From: Callorhinchus milii | Lineage: Eukaryota | Length of the DNA stretch: 60,097 nucleotides | Assembly: GCF_018977255.1 (NCBI RefSeq) | Contig: NW_024705237.1 | Location: 1-60,097, forward strand | Direction of reading: 5' to 3' | The notes under the pieces: generated by a model | Database searches by the model: none | Told to the model about the DNA's origin: nothing | What the model saw: the letters and a program-made list of their open reading frames with translations, nothing else | Shown: positions 25,617-38,450 of the stretch, one piece after another | Layout: each line of letters begins with the position of its first letter | Position numbering within the stretch: position 1 is the first letter of the stretch | Translations under genes and position numbers: made by a program

Positions 25617-25939
25617 TAATCTGTCAATCGAACATGAAGAAAATTAACAATCTTATTTTGACAATACCTTTTAACTCGTCTTGCGCACTTACACTCCGTG
25701 TCTGTTCTGTATTAATGTATTAAGGTTAAAGTTATCGTACAGTGCTTCAGATGTTGTACCTGTTTTGAAAGTTGTATTCATCGCAGGATGATACCCCGTA
25801 AACTTAATATTTGTATTTTTAACTGCTAGTTACTATCTGATGCTATTTATTTGAAGGTAATTTTTTACATACTCTACATTTGTAGTCACAATGGGTATGA
25901 CAACAACAATCTAAGAACCACAATCGCCTCAACACTGCA

Positions 25940-26226
25940 AGTCATCAAGAGAATAAGGAGCAAGTGCTGTTAGCGAGCAGCACCTATGAAGGCGGCACGG
26001 CACACGAAGGGCGTGTGGGTGGCCAGCACCACGCCCGGCCACCTTTGTCTCCCGAGTGGCGATGTTGACTGCACACCGCACCAGGTTACTCATTTGAGGC
26101 TGAGTCGACCTAGGGGGTGCCCAGGACCGGTTCAGATCATCGTCACCGGTGCTGGCCGTGAGCGGGAATCGAAGCCGGGTCGCCAGTTTCGTAGCGCAAC
26201 GCGCTAACCTCAGCACCACCGCTCCC
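25940..26226 (-). mobile_element. tRNA-derived SINE (family B)
   Basis: Reverse complement of 27893-28195: tRNA-like head and CTAGGTCGACTCAGCCTCAAATGAGTA core. Confidence 0.8.
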
Positions 26227-27220
26227 TATGAGAGTACAATTCACACACACCTTATTGATGACACGGCAGTCAGGTTATTGACTCGAGCATGTGATCAGTG
26301 GAGTAGTAAGAGTTGTTGCTATTTTAATTGGAACTCCAGAAGCCAGTGGCTGACAGCAAAGGAGACACTCGCTGCTCCGGTGTCTGCTCTGTCACAACAG
26401 CCACGTGAGTTTGAGGCCAGCGATGCCTCAGCTTCTATTTATTAACACGTTAAGGAATCGCACACACACACAAATATCCGTGTGATTCAACGCGTGTTTA
26501 GAGTAGATTACAAAATAAAAATTCTGATGCTGTCAATAAATGTACAAAAACTGTGTTGCTTCAGTCAGTGCGCCGCGTTCGGGCATGAAGTCAGCCTCGT
26601 TTGGCTCGTAAGGAATGTGACCCAAATGGCTGTAAGGATAAACGGGGATAATGGTTATGTGTCCTCATCATTGCGGATTAGGATTAGGTGGGGACTGCAG
26701 GAGCAGCAATAGCAGCGTGAGACAGTACGACATCGCTTCGGGATGTGTGCGCGTGGTGCGTTACGCAGCTTCGCTTCCCATTCAAAGTATAAACCGCCCG
26801 CGTGATGTTGCAATTACACTCGGGATTTGAACAACAAGTTATGTTCACTTGAGTGCCGATGCAATTGTTAATGCGGGACTTGTAGAGAGATGACTGCACG
26901 CATCGAATCACTGTTGTTTGGGGTTTTTTGCCGGTGACAATGCGGGCTGATTGTGTTGCTCCTAAGCGACCAAACATTTTTCCCCCTCCCCAGTTCCAGA
27001 CGGGTGGCGTGCCACTTTCCCACACCGTGACCTTGACATTGAAGAGGGCATTGTCCAAACGTGACGCGGGGCTGTGTAGCACTAATGGTTGTCCTCAATC
27101 ACCATGTTGTAATCCATCTCACCCACCCAGGCCCTCGTGGCTAAATGAAAGTAATATAAAAAAAAACGCTAATATATAAGATTGTTTTTGGTTAAACGAT
27201 TGAAAGTACTATTTTGATTT

Positions 27221-27360
27221 AAAGCTTTCGTGACTGCAGGTATTCATATTCTTGGTTCTTTCGGTAAAGTCACGTAGAAGGGAAATAATAAAATAATATA
27301 AATATAAAACAATTTATATTATTTCCCTTCTACGTGACTTTACCGAAAGAACCAAGAATA
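27221..27360. mobile_element. Penelope-like family A fold-back insertion
   Basis: Perfect 44-bp inverted arms 27247-27290 / 27317-27360. The left arm carries an extra ~26-nt tail (AAGCTTTCGTGACTGCAGG). Confidence 0.75.
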
Positions 27361-27394
27361 AGATTTAAAGTACTGTTATTTGATTTTCTAAAAT

Positions 27395-27570
27395 TTCTTC
27401 CTTTCTTAATTCCGATACTAGGAAGCTACTGCAGCTATGCACTTTTAAATTTAGAATAAAAATTAAAACATTTTAGAACTGCTTTTTGTGTTAAGTTTGT
27501 TGTCCTTTCACCCCGCATCTCCGATTAGCACGGTTGGCTACGTACGGTGCGAAAGAAGCTCAACATAGGT
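27395..27570 (+). mobile_element. L2-like LINE 3' fragment
   Basis: Degenerate ORF2 end followed by the conserved 3' motif GATTAGCACGGTTGGCTACGTACGGTGC. Confidence 0.7.
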
Positions 27571-27892
27571 ACAGAATAACAACACATGTATGAAAGATTA
27601 GCATAAACAATAACCGTTAAATAATAAAAACAATGTCATGAACGCAATGGTGTAGCATAATTAAAATAGTATAACTAATGGTGTTAGTGTAACTGACAGC
27701 ATGTCTGGTGTAAGTGCTACGAATTATGATGCTGATGGAGACTCGTGACGAGGCTTAGATTGCCTGAACTGCAGGGCAAAGGAACTTTGGAGCGGTATAA
27801 TCTGTGTTCGCACTGGAAAAGTCCAGCAAATGTGGAATATAATTGCGAACGCAAGCAAATTTGATATCACTATAATGTGTGTATATGTATGT

Positions 27893-28195
27893 GGGGAGCG
27901 GTAGTGTACCGGATAACTTGCTGCGCTACGAACCCCGGTGACCCGAGTTCGATTCCCTCTCACGGCCAACACCAGTGACGATTATCTGAACCAGCTCTGG
28001 GCCTCCTCTAGGTCGACTCAGCCTCAAACGAGTACCTGGTGCGGTGTGTAAAATTCGCCACTTGTGGGACAAAGGCGGCCGGGCATGGTGCTGGCCATCC
28101 ACCCCCTCGTGTGCCGTGCTGGCTTCATAGTGCTCGCTAACAGCATCTGCCCCAACAGTCTGTTCAGGCTATACGGTGGATCTTTGTCTTTGCAT
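27893..28195 (+). mobile_element. tRNA-derived SINE (family B)
   Basis: GGGGAGCGGTAG head, B box GAGTTCGATTCCC, GTCGACTCAGCC..GAGTACCTGG core. Confidence 0.8.
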
Positions 28196-28196
28196 T

Positions 28197-28385
28197 GGAA
28201 CTTCTTTCGCACCGTACATAGCCAACCGCGGCAGGAAGGACAACAAACGAAACACAAAAAGCAGTTCTAAAGAAATGAGTTTTCAATTTAGATTATTTAA
28301 AAGTGCAATGCTCCAAGGGCCTCCTAATATCGGAAGGAAGATCGTTCCAGACGGCCGCAGAAAAACATCTGAAAGCGCGCGATGC
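28197..28385 (-). mobile_element. L2-like LINE 3' fragment
   Basis: Reverse complement of the ORF2-end plus 3' motif seen at 41005-41212. Confidence 0.7.
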
Positions 28386-29019
28386 AGTCACTGTCTTTGT
28401 TCACACTGTATCGAACCGCCACACTGCAGGTCAAAACAATGCACTCACCCACTCACTCACCGACTCACCCAGTCACTCAACCACCCACTCACCCACTCTC
28501 TCAACCAGGTGCAGGAGAACAACAATCATCGTGATCTCGTGAAAAATCGCATCACGTTGTGGAATAAAACTGGAGAGGTTGGCAGTATCGTGGGAGAAGT
28601 TTCCAAGAGTGCATCAAAGTGTCTTGTTGGGGGTTACTGTGACTCTACCGGCACATAAGTGTAGTGACGTAATGGTGTCACTCGGGTGTTCGCGACAGCT
28701 TCTGTTACAGGAGTGTAACTGTGCGTCTGGAGCTTCTCTCTAGCACCAGAGTAAGTGCGGCATGTCAGCCAGCCCCAGGGGGCATCGTCCTGGTGATGGC
28801 CTGAGAGAGTTCAAGTTCATTTATTAGGTATAGCCCTGTGAGCCTTTCGGCTCTTGAATCGGGTGCAACCGCAACAAACAAAAACATGAACAAAAAAAAA
28901 ACATCTTAAAGTGAATATGTGACTGAGTGCAAACAGAAAATCCAAGAAGACAGCTAAATATTGCAGAAAAAAACACCATACACCAACGCAGTGTGCAAAA
29001 ATCCCAATGGGATGCAAGT

Positions 29020-29299
29020 GAGGACGTGGTAGCCTGAGTGGGGCACGTGATGCTTGGTCGGGATCCTTCGGGAAAGGTCTCGAAGGGGGCGTGGCCGAGG
29101 GCGGAGCGAGGCCACGCCCAGGAGCATCAAGGGGCAGTCGCGAGAGAGTTCTTGGCTCGTCTGTGGAGTCAAGCCTGGGGTCCCGCGTCTCGTCCTCTCC
29201 TGGTCTTCGTCTCGAGTTAACTCGCTACTGACATAGCCACATCACCTACTATAGAACCCGAGTTAGGTTCAGTGTTACCCGCGAGGGAAGTTGTTACAT
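29020..29299 (+). mobile_element. Possible solo LTR
   Basis: GC-rich ~280-bp island starting TG and ending GTTACA. No clear target duplication. Confidence 0.3.
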
Positions 29300-31039
29300 A
29301 AAAGTGTTGCCTCCCAGTGCAGAGTGTGTGCCTCCGTGTTGAACACTACATAAGTATAAAATGAGATAAGGCATGCTAACATGGATAACGTAATCCATCT
29401 TAGTCGAACAAATCGTACAAAAAAAAATTGTCAGACGTAATACAAAATGTAAATTTGTTGAAATGTATTTTTTTTGTTCAGCGGAGAGACAGATTTTTGT
29501 CCGTCTTGTAAACAAACTATTTCCGGCTTCACTGCAGCTTGCAACAGAATAACCCAGCCAACTCTTAGCACTTCGCCCAAACACGAGGAGGGGAAAGACT
29601 TTCCCCTAAGGCGCCGCTTTATATCAGCCAATAACATAAATCCCTCACGTCATCATGTGGGTTAAAGGCTACAATACAGAGCAAGACCCACAGGCAGAGC
29701 AAATGCAGATCAACCAATTAACTATGTGCACCACAATTCGCTGGCTAATTTGTCTCGGCATGCCTGCTCAGGAGTAAGTGACACGCTCGGCAACATGTAC
29801 ACTTGTGGAACGGATTCTCCCCCCCCAGGCCTAGCAGAATGTGGAGGTTGTTTGACCATACTTCACCACGCTTGGCGGGTTGGTAGGTTATATAATATTT
29901 TTTTACTGGTAGGAGCCTGGTTACACCAGCCCACAGGGGATTATTGTGTCCGTCCGTCCGTCGTGGAGGGTGGGGAGGGGCTGGTCACCCCGTTGTGCCC
30001 TTATAAAACTCAACGTTTAACCTACTCACGCCGGCTTGTGCCCGCCCTCACAGTCGGGCATATTTGCGGAATACACCACGCCGCCGTTGACCCTGGCCAT
30101 TGACCGAGCAACCCAACGTTCCTACCAGCTAACCTCCGCAGGAATGTGTTTAATGTGTTTGTTCCATGCGCAGACCCTAAAAGCCGGAACACGAGTTCCG
30201 TATGGATCGTGGATCAACCACGTGCTCTCAACGCCCTTGTTGCTGAAACGAATGCTTTCTCCGATCGATATAAGTTACCACGCGCATCATCCATTCGACG
30301 ATCCGCGTGGTAGCACACAACGGCAGTCGTCGTCTCTTGTCCAGGTGCGGTGTAGTCATGGCAGGGTAATTTCAAGTAAAGCCATAATTACTGCTTTAAA
30401 AAAAAACTTTGTTTTCACATTCCTATGATGTGTCTGGGCGATGGCGATGAAAGGGGACACGGAGCGTCTCGTGCCGAGCTCGGGTGAAGCTGTCCTTCAT
30501 CTCCAGTCCAGACGAGTGGATGAGGTAGCTACTCTTTGACCTACATTTAGCGCCCCTCTCTATGCATCGCGTCAATAGCATTGGGTGGCCCCGAAGTAAA
30601 ACAGCTCAATGGCGATTGTGACTTAGTTGTTAAGGTAAAGTAGTAAATATGTGAGTAACAACTTTACTTCATAAGTTATATCAAACCAGGCGCCTCTGTG
30701 CTGCAGGTTTTACGTAAAACTATAGCCCCGTAAACACTTGGCAGTTCACGCAGCACTGGTTCAAACACGTCTCACTTTGCTGACGGCATTCTGAATGTCG
30801 AAACTTTTACAGAGTTTGCTTGTTGTTGAACCAATGAATTGGAACCGGCAGTGGTGTGTTCCCGGTGAGTAAAGCCCATTGAGCTCAGAATCAAAGGGCG
30901 ACTCGGCCGACAGACAACATGAAAGCATTCCACAATTACAGATTTAAAAATATATATAAAAAAAACGTAATAAAAGCAATTATGTTGTGGAGCTGCATTC
31001 ACACTTAAACTTTTATATAAAAAAATTATAATAGAGGCA

Positions 31040-31310
31040 GTTTAAGTGAGGACAGAGATGGCAGGACGGAGATGCCAAGGGATAAAATTCGGTGGTGGTT
31101 TCAAAGACTTTGGGGCAGCAGCGACATTCAATGCTCTTGATCCAAGTTGTGTGCGAAATCTGGGAACTATTAATAGACAACCAGACGCCCGTCGCAGATT
31201 TTTAAAAAAATCTTGTCCAATGGTAATAACAACAGTTGAGCAGGTGAGGCAAATAAAGAGTAGATCTACGGACAATAATAGCCCTGTAAATGAGAATAGA
31301 AGCTGAAATG
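31040..31310 (-). mobile_element. L2/CR1-like ORF2 C-terminal remnant
   Basis: Translation LRRASGCLLIVPRFRTQLGSRALNVAAAP is typical of L2 ORF2 ends. Confidence 0.6.
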
Positions 31311-31454
31311 ATCCACTCCCCAGAATGCCGTGTGGCTGACGGGATGTGTAAATAGTACATGTCCTTCTCTACGTGGAGGTACTATATGTGTTGTCTGCTT
31401 ATTTTTGTTAATTGCATGTTCTCACATATGGCCGTGTTGGACACAGATTAACCT

Positions 31455-31745
31455 TTTTATTTTACCAGGTAAGGCCCACAGAGCTTTTTAGCTCTTTTTC
31501 AGAAGCGACCTGGCCACAAATAATAGCTCAACGAAGTTGCTTATCACGTGGAAATGTATCGCAGCCACATACTCTAAACGCGTGTTGATTCTAACTGGAG
31601 GGAAAACCCGGAGGACCCTTCGACAAATCCACGCGATCACGAGGAAGAGACATGCAAACTCCAAATATACAGGCGTCAGGGTCATGATCGAACCCACAAC
31701 CTCCTGTATACCAGGCGAGGTAGTTAACATTTCGCCACCGTAGCG
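31455..31745 (-). mobile_element. V-SINE-like SINE (family A)
   Basis: Full-length match to the other copies. Confidence 0.85.
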
Positions 31746-31954
31746 CACGAATTAGATCCCTTATACGTGCCAACGGCCTTGGGTTGGTCGCAAGTGCCTC
31801 GCAAATGACAAAAACCTGGCGTTTACAAACTGTGACAAACTGTGACGTTCAAGCATTCCAAGGACAGCTGACCTCAAAAAGATGACAAGCCTGGGAAACC
31901 AGGAGAGGTGGCAACCCTGGTGTAAACGTGTCTACGTTGTGCGTGAATGCATAT

Positions 31955-32220
31955 TTCCGCACCTCCAAGGAGCACGGTTGGCTACGTACGGCGCGAAAGA
32001 AGTTTAATATACATAGAGGGTCACTCAATCGCGACTCTTTTAAATGCGCTTCTGCGGCCGTCTGGAACGCTCTTCCTTCCGATATTAGGAAGCCACTGGA
32101 GCTATGCACTTTTAAATCATCTAGATTTACAAACTCATTTTCTCAGAACTGCTTTTTGTGTTTAGTTTGTTGTTCTTCGATCGCACATCCGATTAGCACG
32201 GTCGGCTAAAAGTTCTACAT
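31955..32220 (+). mobile_element. Two tandem L2-like 3' fragments
   Basis: RDSFKCASAAVWNALPSDIR..FKS ORF2 end; the 3' motif occurs twice. Confidence 0.7.
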
Positions 32221-32353
32221 GCGTACGCGTGTGCACACATACGCATGCGTGCACGCGTGTGCACACATACGCATGCGCACGCGTGTGCACACATACGCAT
32301 GCGTGCACGCGTGTGCACACATACGCATGCGTACGCGTGTGCACACATACGCA
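32217..32353. repeat. Alternating purine-pyrimidine minisatellite (28/30-bp units)
   Basis: Units such as GCGTACGCGTGTGCACACATACGCAT repeated about 5 times with unbroken RY alternation. Confidence 0.9.
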
Positions 32354-32814
32354 GGGCGGAGTGGCGTTTCTTCTGCAGACGCTGCTGCGTGTGAAGGGAG
32401 CGTGTTCCGCGGTCCCCGGTGTTTGCGAGCTGCCAGCTGTTCCCACTACTTACATTAGCAGTGGCACGCGGCCCCGGCAAAGAGCCATCATCTGTGGAGA
32501 GGCGTTCCTTTGATTTGATCAAACACGTGTGCAGATATTTACAATGCACGTTGAAACAAAACGAAGGGCTAAATGCTAAAGTTCGTACCCTAATCTCTGT
32601 AATTCCCTTAAAAAATATGGCAGTAAGTTGACAATATGCCTCCATTCCATATTGGGTCTCTCCACGTAAAAAAACTAAAAGTTAAAATGTGTTAAATTAT
32701 TTTTGATTTTCGGATAAGTTATGCAACAACAAAACGAACAAAAAGTTTCATACCGGATTGTATATTTATTCAGCAAGTGTGATGTGGATATAGGTGCGAA
32801 AGAAGTTCAACATA

Positions 32815-33420
32815 TGTGCATACATAGGGCAAAAGGCATGCACACGGTCGTAATATGAGCTTGGTTCTCGTGTGGTTACGCCTGACTTACGTTCACGAAC
32901 ACGGTCCGCAGATCTGAAACACTGTAGGACCAATACCTCGGTTGTGGCTGATCATTGTTTTAATGCGGTGTGCTCACACGGAATTGATTTCTCTAAGAGT
33001 AAGGTACTTTGCAAACCCACTGGCTATCAACAAAGATTCGTCCATGAAGCCATCCATATATAGACACAGACACAATTTAAATCGAGAAGATGGGTACAAA
33101 CTGAGCAATCACTGGAAGGACGTTATCAACCAGTTTAAGTCATAACTGGCTGTGATGTTCCCATCTTACCACCTTCCGATGTTAGTTGTTACTTTCGGCT
33201 CTACATTAACATTGGCCGCTGACATTTGGGCGACGCCCATGTCAAACCTTAATAAACAGTTTCCCTTTAGAAGCTAACCCCCTCTTCCTAATGAAGAATG
33301 CTTATGTTGCAATCGAAACGTTGTAGTTTTTTGTTATTTTCTTTGAACCTATCTCCGTGACTTTACCGATAGACCCAAAGAATATGAATTCCTGCAGTCA
33401 CGACAGCTTTAAGTCAAGAT
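32815..33420 (+). mobile_element. Penelope-like element 3' part: degraded GIY-YIG endonuclease region plus pseudo-LTR (family A)
   Basis: YIGQ at 32821. SVVADHC..HGIDFSKSKVL..R..HEAIHI..HNLNREDGYKLSNHW is a typical PLE C-terminus (frameshifted). Followed by a degenerate hammerhead (33288-33322) and the family A end. Confidence 0.8.
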
Positions 33421-33666
33421 CTTCCATTCGGCATCTCCCCAGAGTCAGACATCGTTCGGTTCGCTCGACTTTTGGCCATACACACACGTTTGCATGTTTA
33501 TCTGCAGCCCGTTGTATAAACACACAACGTGTGAACTGGGTTTGCCCTTTTTTGGTGCTGATCAGCAATCACCCGTGTTCATTGAACGCTGCTGGTTGAC
33601 CAGCTGTTACTGGATAGTCTGCTCCCTCTACACCGTGCACCATCAACATCATTACTGGATTCTAGA

Positions 33667-33890
33667 TTTGAAGCTTTCGTGACTGCAATGATTGATACTC
33701 TTAGTTCTTTCGGTAAAGTCACGTAGGTAAAAAAATGAGATTAAAATTAATAAAAATAAAATAATAAAATCACGACGTTTCGGAGGCAACACAAGTCTCC
33801 GTCATCAGCAAATCTGGCTGTGACGGTCCCACCCAATTTCATTTTTTTACCTACGTGACTTTACCGAAAGAACTAAGAGTATGAATCATT
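33667..33890. mobile_element. Penelope-like family A fold-back insertion
   Basis: Inverted arms ~33685-33738 / ~33839-33890, flanked by a duplicated ATCATTACTGGA (33648-33659, 33885-33896). Confidence 0.75.
33774..33808 (-). ncRNA. Minimal hammerhead ribozyme core (PLE type), stem I degenerate
   Basis: Minus strand reads CTGATGA-CGGAG-acttgtgttgc-CTCC-GAAAC-GTC. Confidence 0.6.
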
Positions 33891-35184
33891 ACTGGACTGT
33901 ACCTTGCCTCATCGAGCGCTGCAGTAGACCGTCCAGGGTTATAAACCTCTCTCCACTCTATCTCCACAAACACACACAACGCCTTCTAATTCTAGCCCTG
34001 TGGGACTTGCTGTGTGTAAATCGGCAGCATTTGATGAACCACTGGTTTCACCCTTGCGGTCTCATCAGCAGCCTCAGGCCACGAAGAGTTAATTTATCTG
34101 CTGGGTAAATTACATGTTTAATACGCTTGGGCTTGGAGACTATAAGTGTGGTTCGTAGTCCTGGGCGTATCGTAAAGCAAGAACAATTGACCCCTTGTAT
34201 TTACAAGAGGGCCATTTTCATTCAAATTAAATTAGACTCACGCTGTCTAATTGCCGGGTTAGCAGACCTTTAAACCACAGTTATATCTGCCAGTGAGCGC
34301 AAGGTGAGACGCATCTAAATGTTCACAAATCGTGATTTGGAATCGCTCATTTTGCGCAGCCTGATCACTGCACTTTTAAATCTAGATTGATTCTTGTGTT
34401 CAGTTTGTTGTCCGTCACCTGCATCTCCGATTGGCACGGTTGGCTACGTACGATGCGAAATAAGTTCAACGTGCATACACAAATGACTGGATTATCCCAT
34501 GCAGTGCAGACAGAAGTCTGACCTGGCCTTAGTGACTGCCTGGAAATGATAAATGTGCCCACAACTGGCACAGAAACCTAATAAAGTGCAGTACCACACA
34601 ACTGTGGCTGAGAGTGCCCAATACGTCACTGCTCAATCTGTCCATATAGTTATAAATGTATAACGCTGATATATACATGCATCCTTATACTTGTATACTT
34701 ATGCAAATATGAAATAGAACTCATATATTGTTACGTTAATTATTTTTATTTTAAGTTTTGCAATCTGCAGTAACATAATAATAACAACAAGAGCAACAAC
34801 CCATAGGTACACTACAACATTATTTTACGCATTTATTGAAACAGCTGCGCTCACAACGTGAGTTTATGAACATGCCGTCAGTGGCTCACGTGTAACAGCC
34901 CGGCCCAGCACCGTGTATGGAGATAGAAACCTGCTCGCTAAGTCCTTGTGGTGGCTGGAGATGACATTATCTCACGTCTCTTAATCCGACAGGCTCCCAT
35001 GTTTTTGTTGAAGTCTGTTTTTTTTATTTTAAATCGGCGATTATTACATCACCTACACCAACCATGATGTCATGAAGCAGGACACGACATCGGGAACGCG
35101 ATGTTCCAGAACAGGAAGGTTTGCACCTGTGCTCTGCGGTTCGTGCTGCAAACTTATTTTCTGTATAGGGATCTTTTTTTCTCT

Positions 35185-35345
35185 CTCTCCGCCTGATGAA
35201 GACCGCTTGTGTTGCGATCGAAACGTCGCGGGTTTTTGCTTTAATTTTAATAAAAAATTTTTTTTATATTTATTTTCTATCTACGTGACTTTACCGAAAG
35301 AACCAAGAATATGAATTCCTGCAGTCACGAAAGTTTTAAGTCAAA
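35185..35345 (+). mobile_element. Penelope-like family A pseudo-LTR
   Basis: Hammerhead, T-rich spacer, then the family end TACGTGACTTTACCGAAAGAACCAAGAATATGAATTCCTGCAGTCACGAAAG. Confidence 0.8.
35189..35231 (+). ncRNA. Minimal type I hammerhead ribozyme in a Penelope pseudo-LTR
   Basis: CCGC-CTGATGA-A-GACCGC-ttgtgtt-GCGATC-GAAAC-GTC-GCGG: both core boxes, 4-bp stem I, stem II with one mismatch, GUC triplet (predicted cut after 35227). Confidence 0.75.
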
Positions 35346-35379
35346 ATTGAAGCACATTTATTGGGAGAGTCTCGCGCAA

Positions 35380-38300
35380 GACAACACCGACAACAACACA
35401 AACAACAACACAAACACTAACACCAACAACAACCATCATTCGCCACTAAGTGGCGGTGACGTCACCACGACGCTTGTGCCAAGCTATGTGCACGTTGAGG
35501 CCACGTGAAATGTGGAATGCCCACTGGCAGGAGGTCACGGGGCAGACCCAGGTGCCACGGGTCGACTGACTGAGATGACTGGCTGATGCACCACCTGTAC
35601 CCCCTACTGTGTCAACTTGCTATGCTTTAGCTACCCGGCGCTCCACTCGTTGTTGTGAGCGTCGCTCCTCTGCCTCTTGTTGTTGGAGGGAGACTGCTTC
35701 CAACTGCCAGTAGCGTCCTTCACGAGCCTCCTCCACAGAGGCCGATCTTGACACCGCTGGTACCAGTCATCGGCAAGTCCACTCAGCTCCATATCCTCCT
35801 GTCCCACATCACTCTGTCTCTTCTTCAGCCCGTGCCGTGCCCGTTTAGCCCCCTCATCCGGCCGAACAAAAGCTGTTTAGGCATGCGGTGGCTAGGCATG
35901 AGGGCTACATGACCCACCAACGCAGTCTTGCCTGACGGAGCTCACCGATAGGACTTTGTCCACATCTTTAAAGGATTCGTGAGCTCCTCACACAATCCAG
36001 CCTGGTTAAACCCAGGGTCGATCATAGGCAGGCCAGCCTAAATGTTTCTAACCGGCGAAGATGTTCCATTAGGGGGGTCCACGTTTCGCAAGCGTAGAGA
36101 AGGGAGGGAATGACTGTGGCCGAGAAGACCTGAAGCTTCGTGTGGAGCGAAAGACCAGGTAGCTTCCACACAGCGTTACGCAACCGATGAAAAGATAATG
36201 CCGCTTGACTGATTCGGAGTGAGACCTTTCCTCTCAAACCGGAGCCAGTCATGAGCACACTGCCCAGTTATGGGAAACTCTCCACTCTCTCCACAACTGC
36301 TCTATCACCGATTTGGAGTTGTGGGGGCAGGTGCTTAGTTTTGGTGGGCTCATGGTACGGCCCCACCTCTTAGTGGCACGATCCAGGTTCAGCAGCAGCG
36401 CCTACAACTCCTCTGAGTGAACAGTAATTAACAGATCATCGGCATACATAACATGGTTGAGAAATAGGGAGCCATCCCTTGACTGCCCTTGGGCATCGAT
36501 CAGCCTCCCATTGTATCTGTACCAGATGCCCCAGGGCATCCTTCCAATCCTGCGGAACCCGTCCAGTGGTCCAGATTGTTATGATGTCATATAGGGCAGT
36601 CTCTGCACAAACGCCACCCTTCCTAAGCATTTCGTTTGGGAGATCATCTCTGCTGGTGCCTTTCCTGGTCTCAGACGCTGGATCGCCTTCAGTACTTCCT
36701 CAACAGATGGCACCTCAGCCAGCCACTCACAGGGGGTGACTTCTTCCAATATTTGAGCCACCGCAGCCTCAGCAGGGTTATCCCTACTTTGTGCTATGAT
36801 GTTTTCCAGGCTGAGACATTTCCCCTCCCCGGATCTCACAGAAATGCTCAGCAAATCTGCAAACCTGTTCCTGGGGGTCGGAGATTGGATCACCGTTCTT
36901 TCCCCTAATGATGGTAATAGGTGTGGCGCTGCAGGTTACTTTTTTATGGAGTTAAAGAGCGATTTGTGACCACCACCCATCCTTGCAGCACCTCACGGCT
37001 CTCTTAACCTCTGAGCGAAGGCTGCGGTAAGCCTCGTTCTCTGACGTGGGATGCTGTAGACGATGAGAGTGGGCCTGTGCTTTTTCTCAGCCAGCCTGAA
37101 CACCTCTGACAACCCGGGTCTCTGGGGAGATCTGGACCGTGTACCTAAAGCAGCCATTTCAGCTGCATTAGCCACATCCTAAACCTCGCCCATTTCCCCT
37201 CGATATCAGGAGGAGTGGGGGACGATGCCAACCCCAGCCGCAAGCGATGATGAAATTCTCACTTGCAACTTTCATCAGCTAGCTGAGCCCATACCACATG
37301 GGTTTGAATGGGGTCCTGGGTATACACCCACTACCAGAGTGGAAGAATGGCAGGCGCATCTTAAATGACAAGTCGATGGTCAGTGGGCAGATCAGCTCCA
37401 CCGTAGGTCCTGGTGTCAAGGACATGGGCCCGCATCCGCTGTTCCATCACTATATAGTCCAGCAGATGTTCTTGCTTGGACCCAGCATGCATCCATATGT
37501 TGTGTGGATGCACCGATGCCTGAGCAGCGTGTTGGTAATTACAAGCCCATAAGCTGCACATAAATATAACAGCCTCCTACCGTTGTTATTGAGCTGATCT
37601 GGCCCATGCTTTCCAATCACTCCAGACCAGGTGCCAGCATCATGACCAACTCAGGCATTGAAGTCACCCAACAAGATAACTCTATCCCGAGGGGCCACTT
37701 TAGCTAGCACCTGTGACAGGATGTCATGGAAGGAATCTGACTCATCGGCCTTGTCTGCATCCCTCCACGGATGTTCGTCTTCGGTGGGGGCATAAGTAAC
37801 CACGACCACTCCTCGCCTCTGGTTGATGGGAAGGCGAGCCCAAAGTAGCCTGGGGCTTACAGCTTCCCACACCTCACTGCCATGCTCCCATGCCCCCTTC
37901 ATTATTTTGTTCAGAAGAAGATCCACTCCCTCTTGTTTGGCAGTCTCCTGCCCCTAGTAGAGGACTGTCCACCCCTCATGGTGGCAGGAGCCAGAGCTGG
38001 TCCACCGGACCTCCTGAATACCACAGAGATCCAGGCGGTACCAGTCCAGCTCCCGACAGAGGAGTGGCAGCCTCTCCTCCGCAGTGAGCGGTCGAACTTT
38101 CCACATGGCCACCGTAGTGGTTTTTTGTTGTTTCTGGAGGAGCCCCGAGGGTAAGGATTCAGTCTCCTGGCTCCGCCAAATGGGGTTTGGCCAGGAGACG
38201 TCATAGACGCCTGTCCCCCCGGGGCCTCCGGCACAAGCTTAATCACATTTTAAATCGTGTTTCGTGGTAATTAATTAAGGTGGAGGGGTTACCAGCCCCT

Positions 38301-38450
38301 CGCACCCATCCAGAGCCCGCTTTGGCCGCTGTGGTGGTTACAAACGCCATGAGGGGAATGGCCGATCTAAATTCACCTTCCCCCCACGGCACTGCCCACC
38401 ACAGCGTTGCCGTCCGGCACCAACGAGGAGGTAGGGGGTTGTTTTTGCCG
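35380..38450 (-). mobile_element. Degraded RTE-clade LINE with most of the RT core deleted
   Basis: APE motifs (SPRLLWARL, VVVTYAPT, ILLGDFNA, LLDYIV, TDHRLV), then GKAP..VPQDWKDA, then KLQVFSATVIPSLLYACETWT. (GTT)n-like tail at 35380-35435 and a similar repeat at 38451-38490. Confidence 0.85.

Noticed and set aside
27247-27360. Hairpins as rho-independent terminators or miRNA precursors
   Set aside because: Better explained as inverted Penelope pseudo-LTR ends repeated across the window.
27893-27970. tRNA gene calls here and at 12420-12480, 14990-15050 and 51455-51490
   Set aside because: A/B boxes are present, but there is no full cloverleaf and most continue into SINE bodies.
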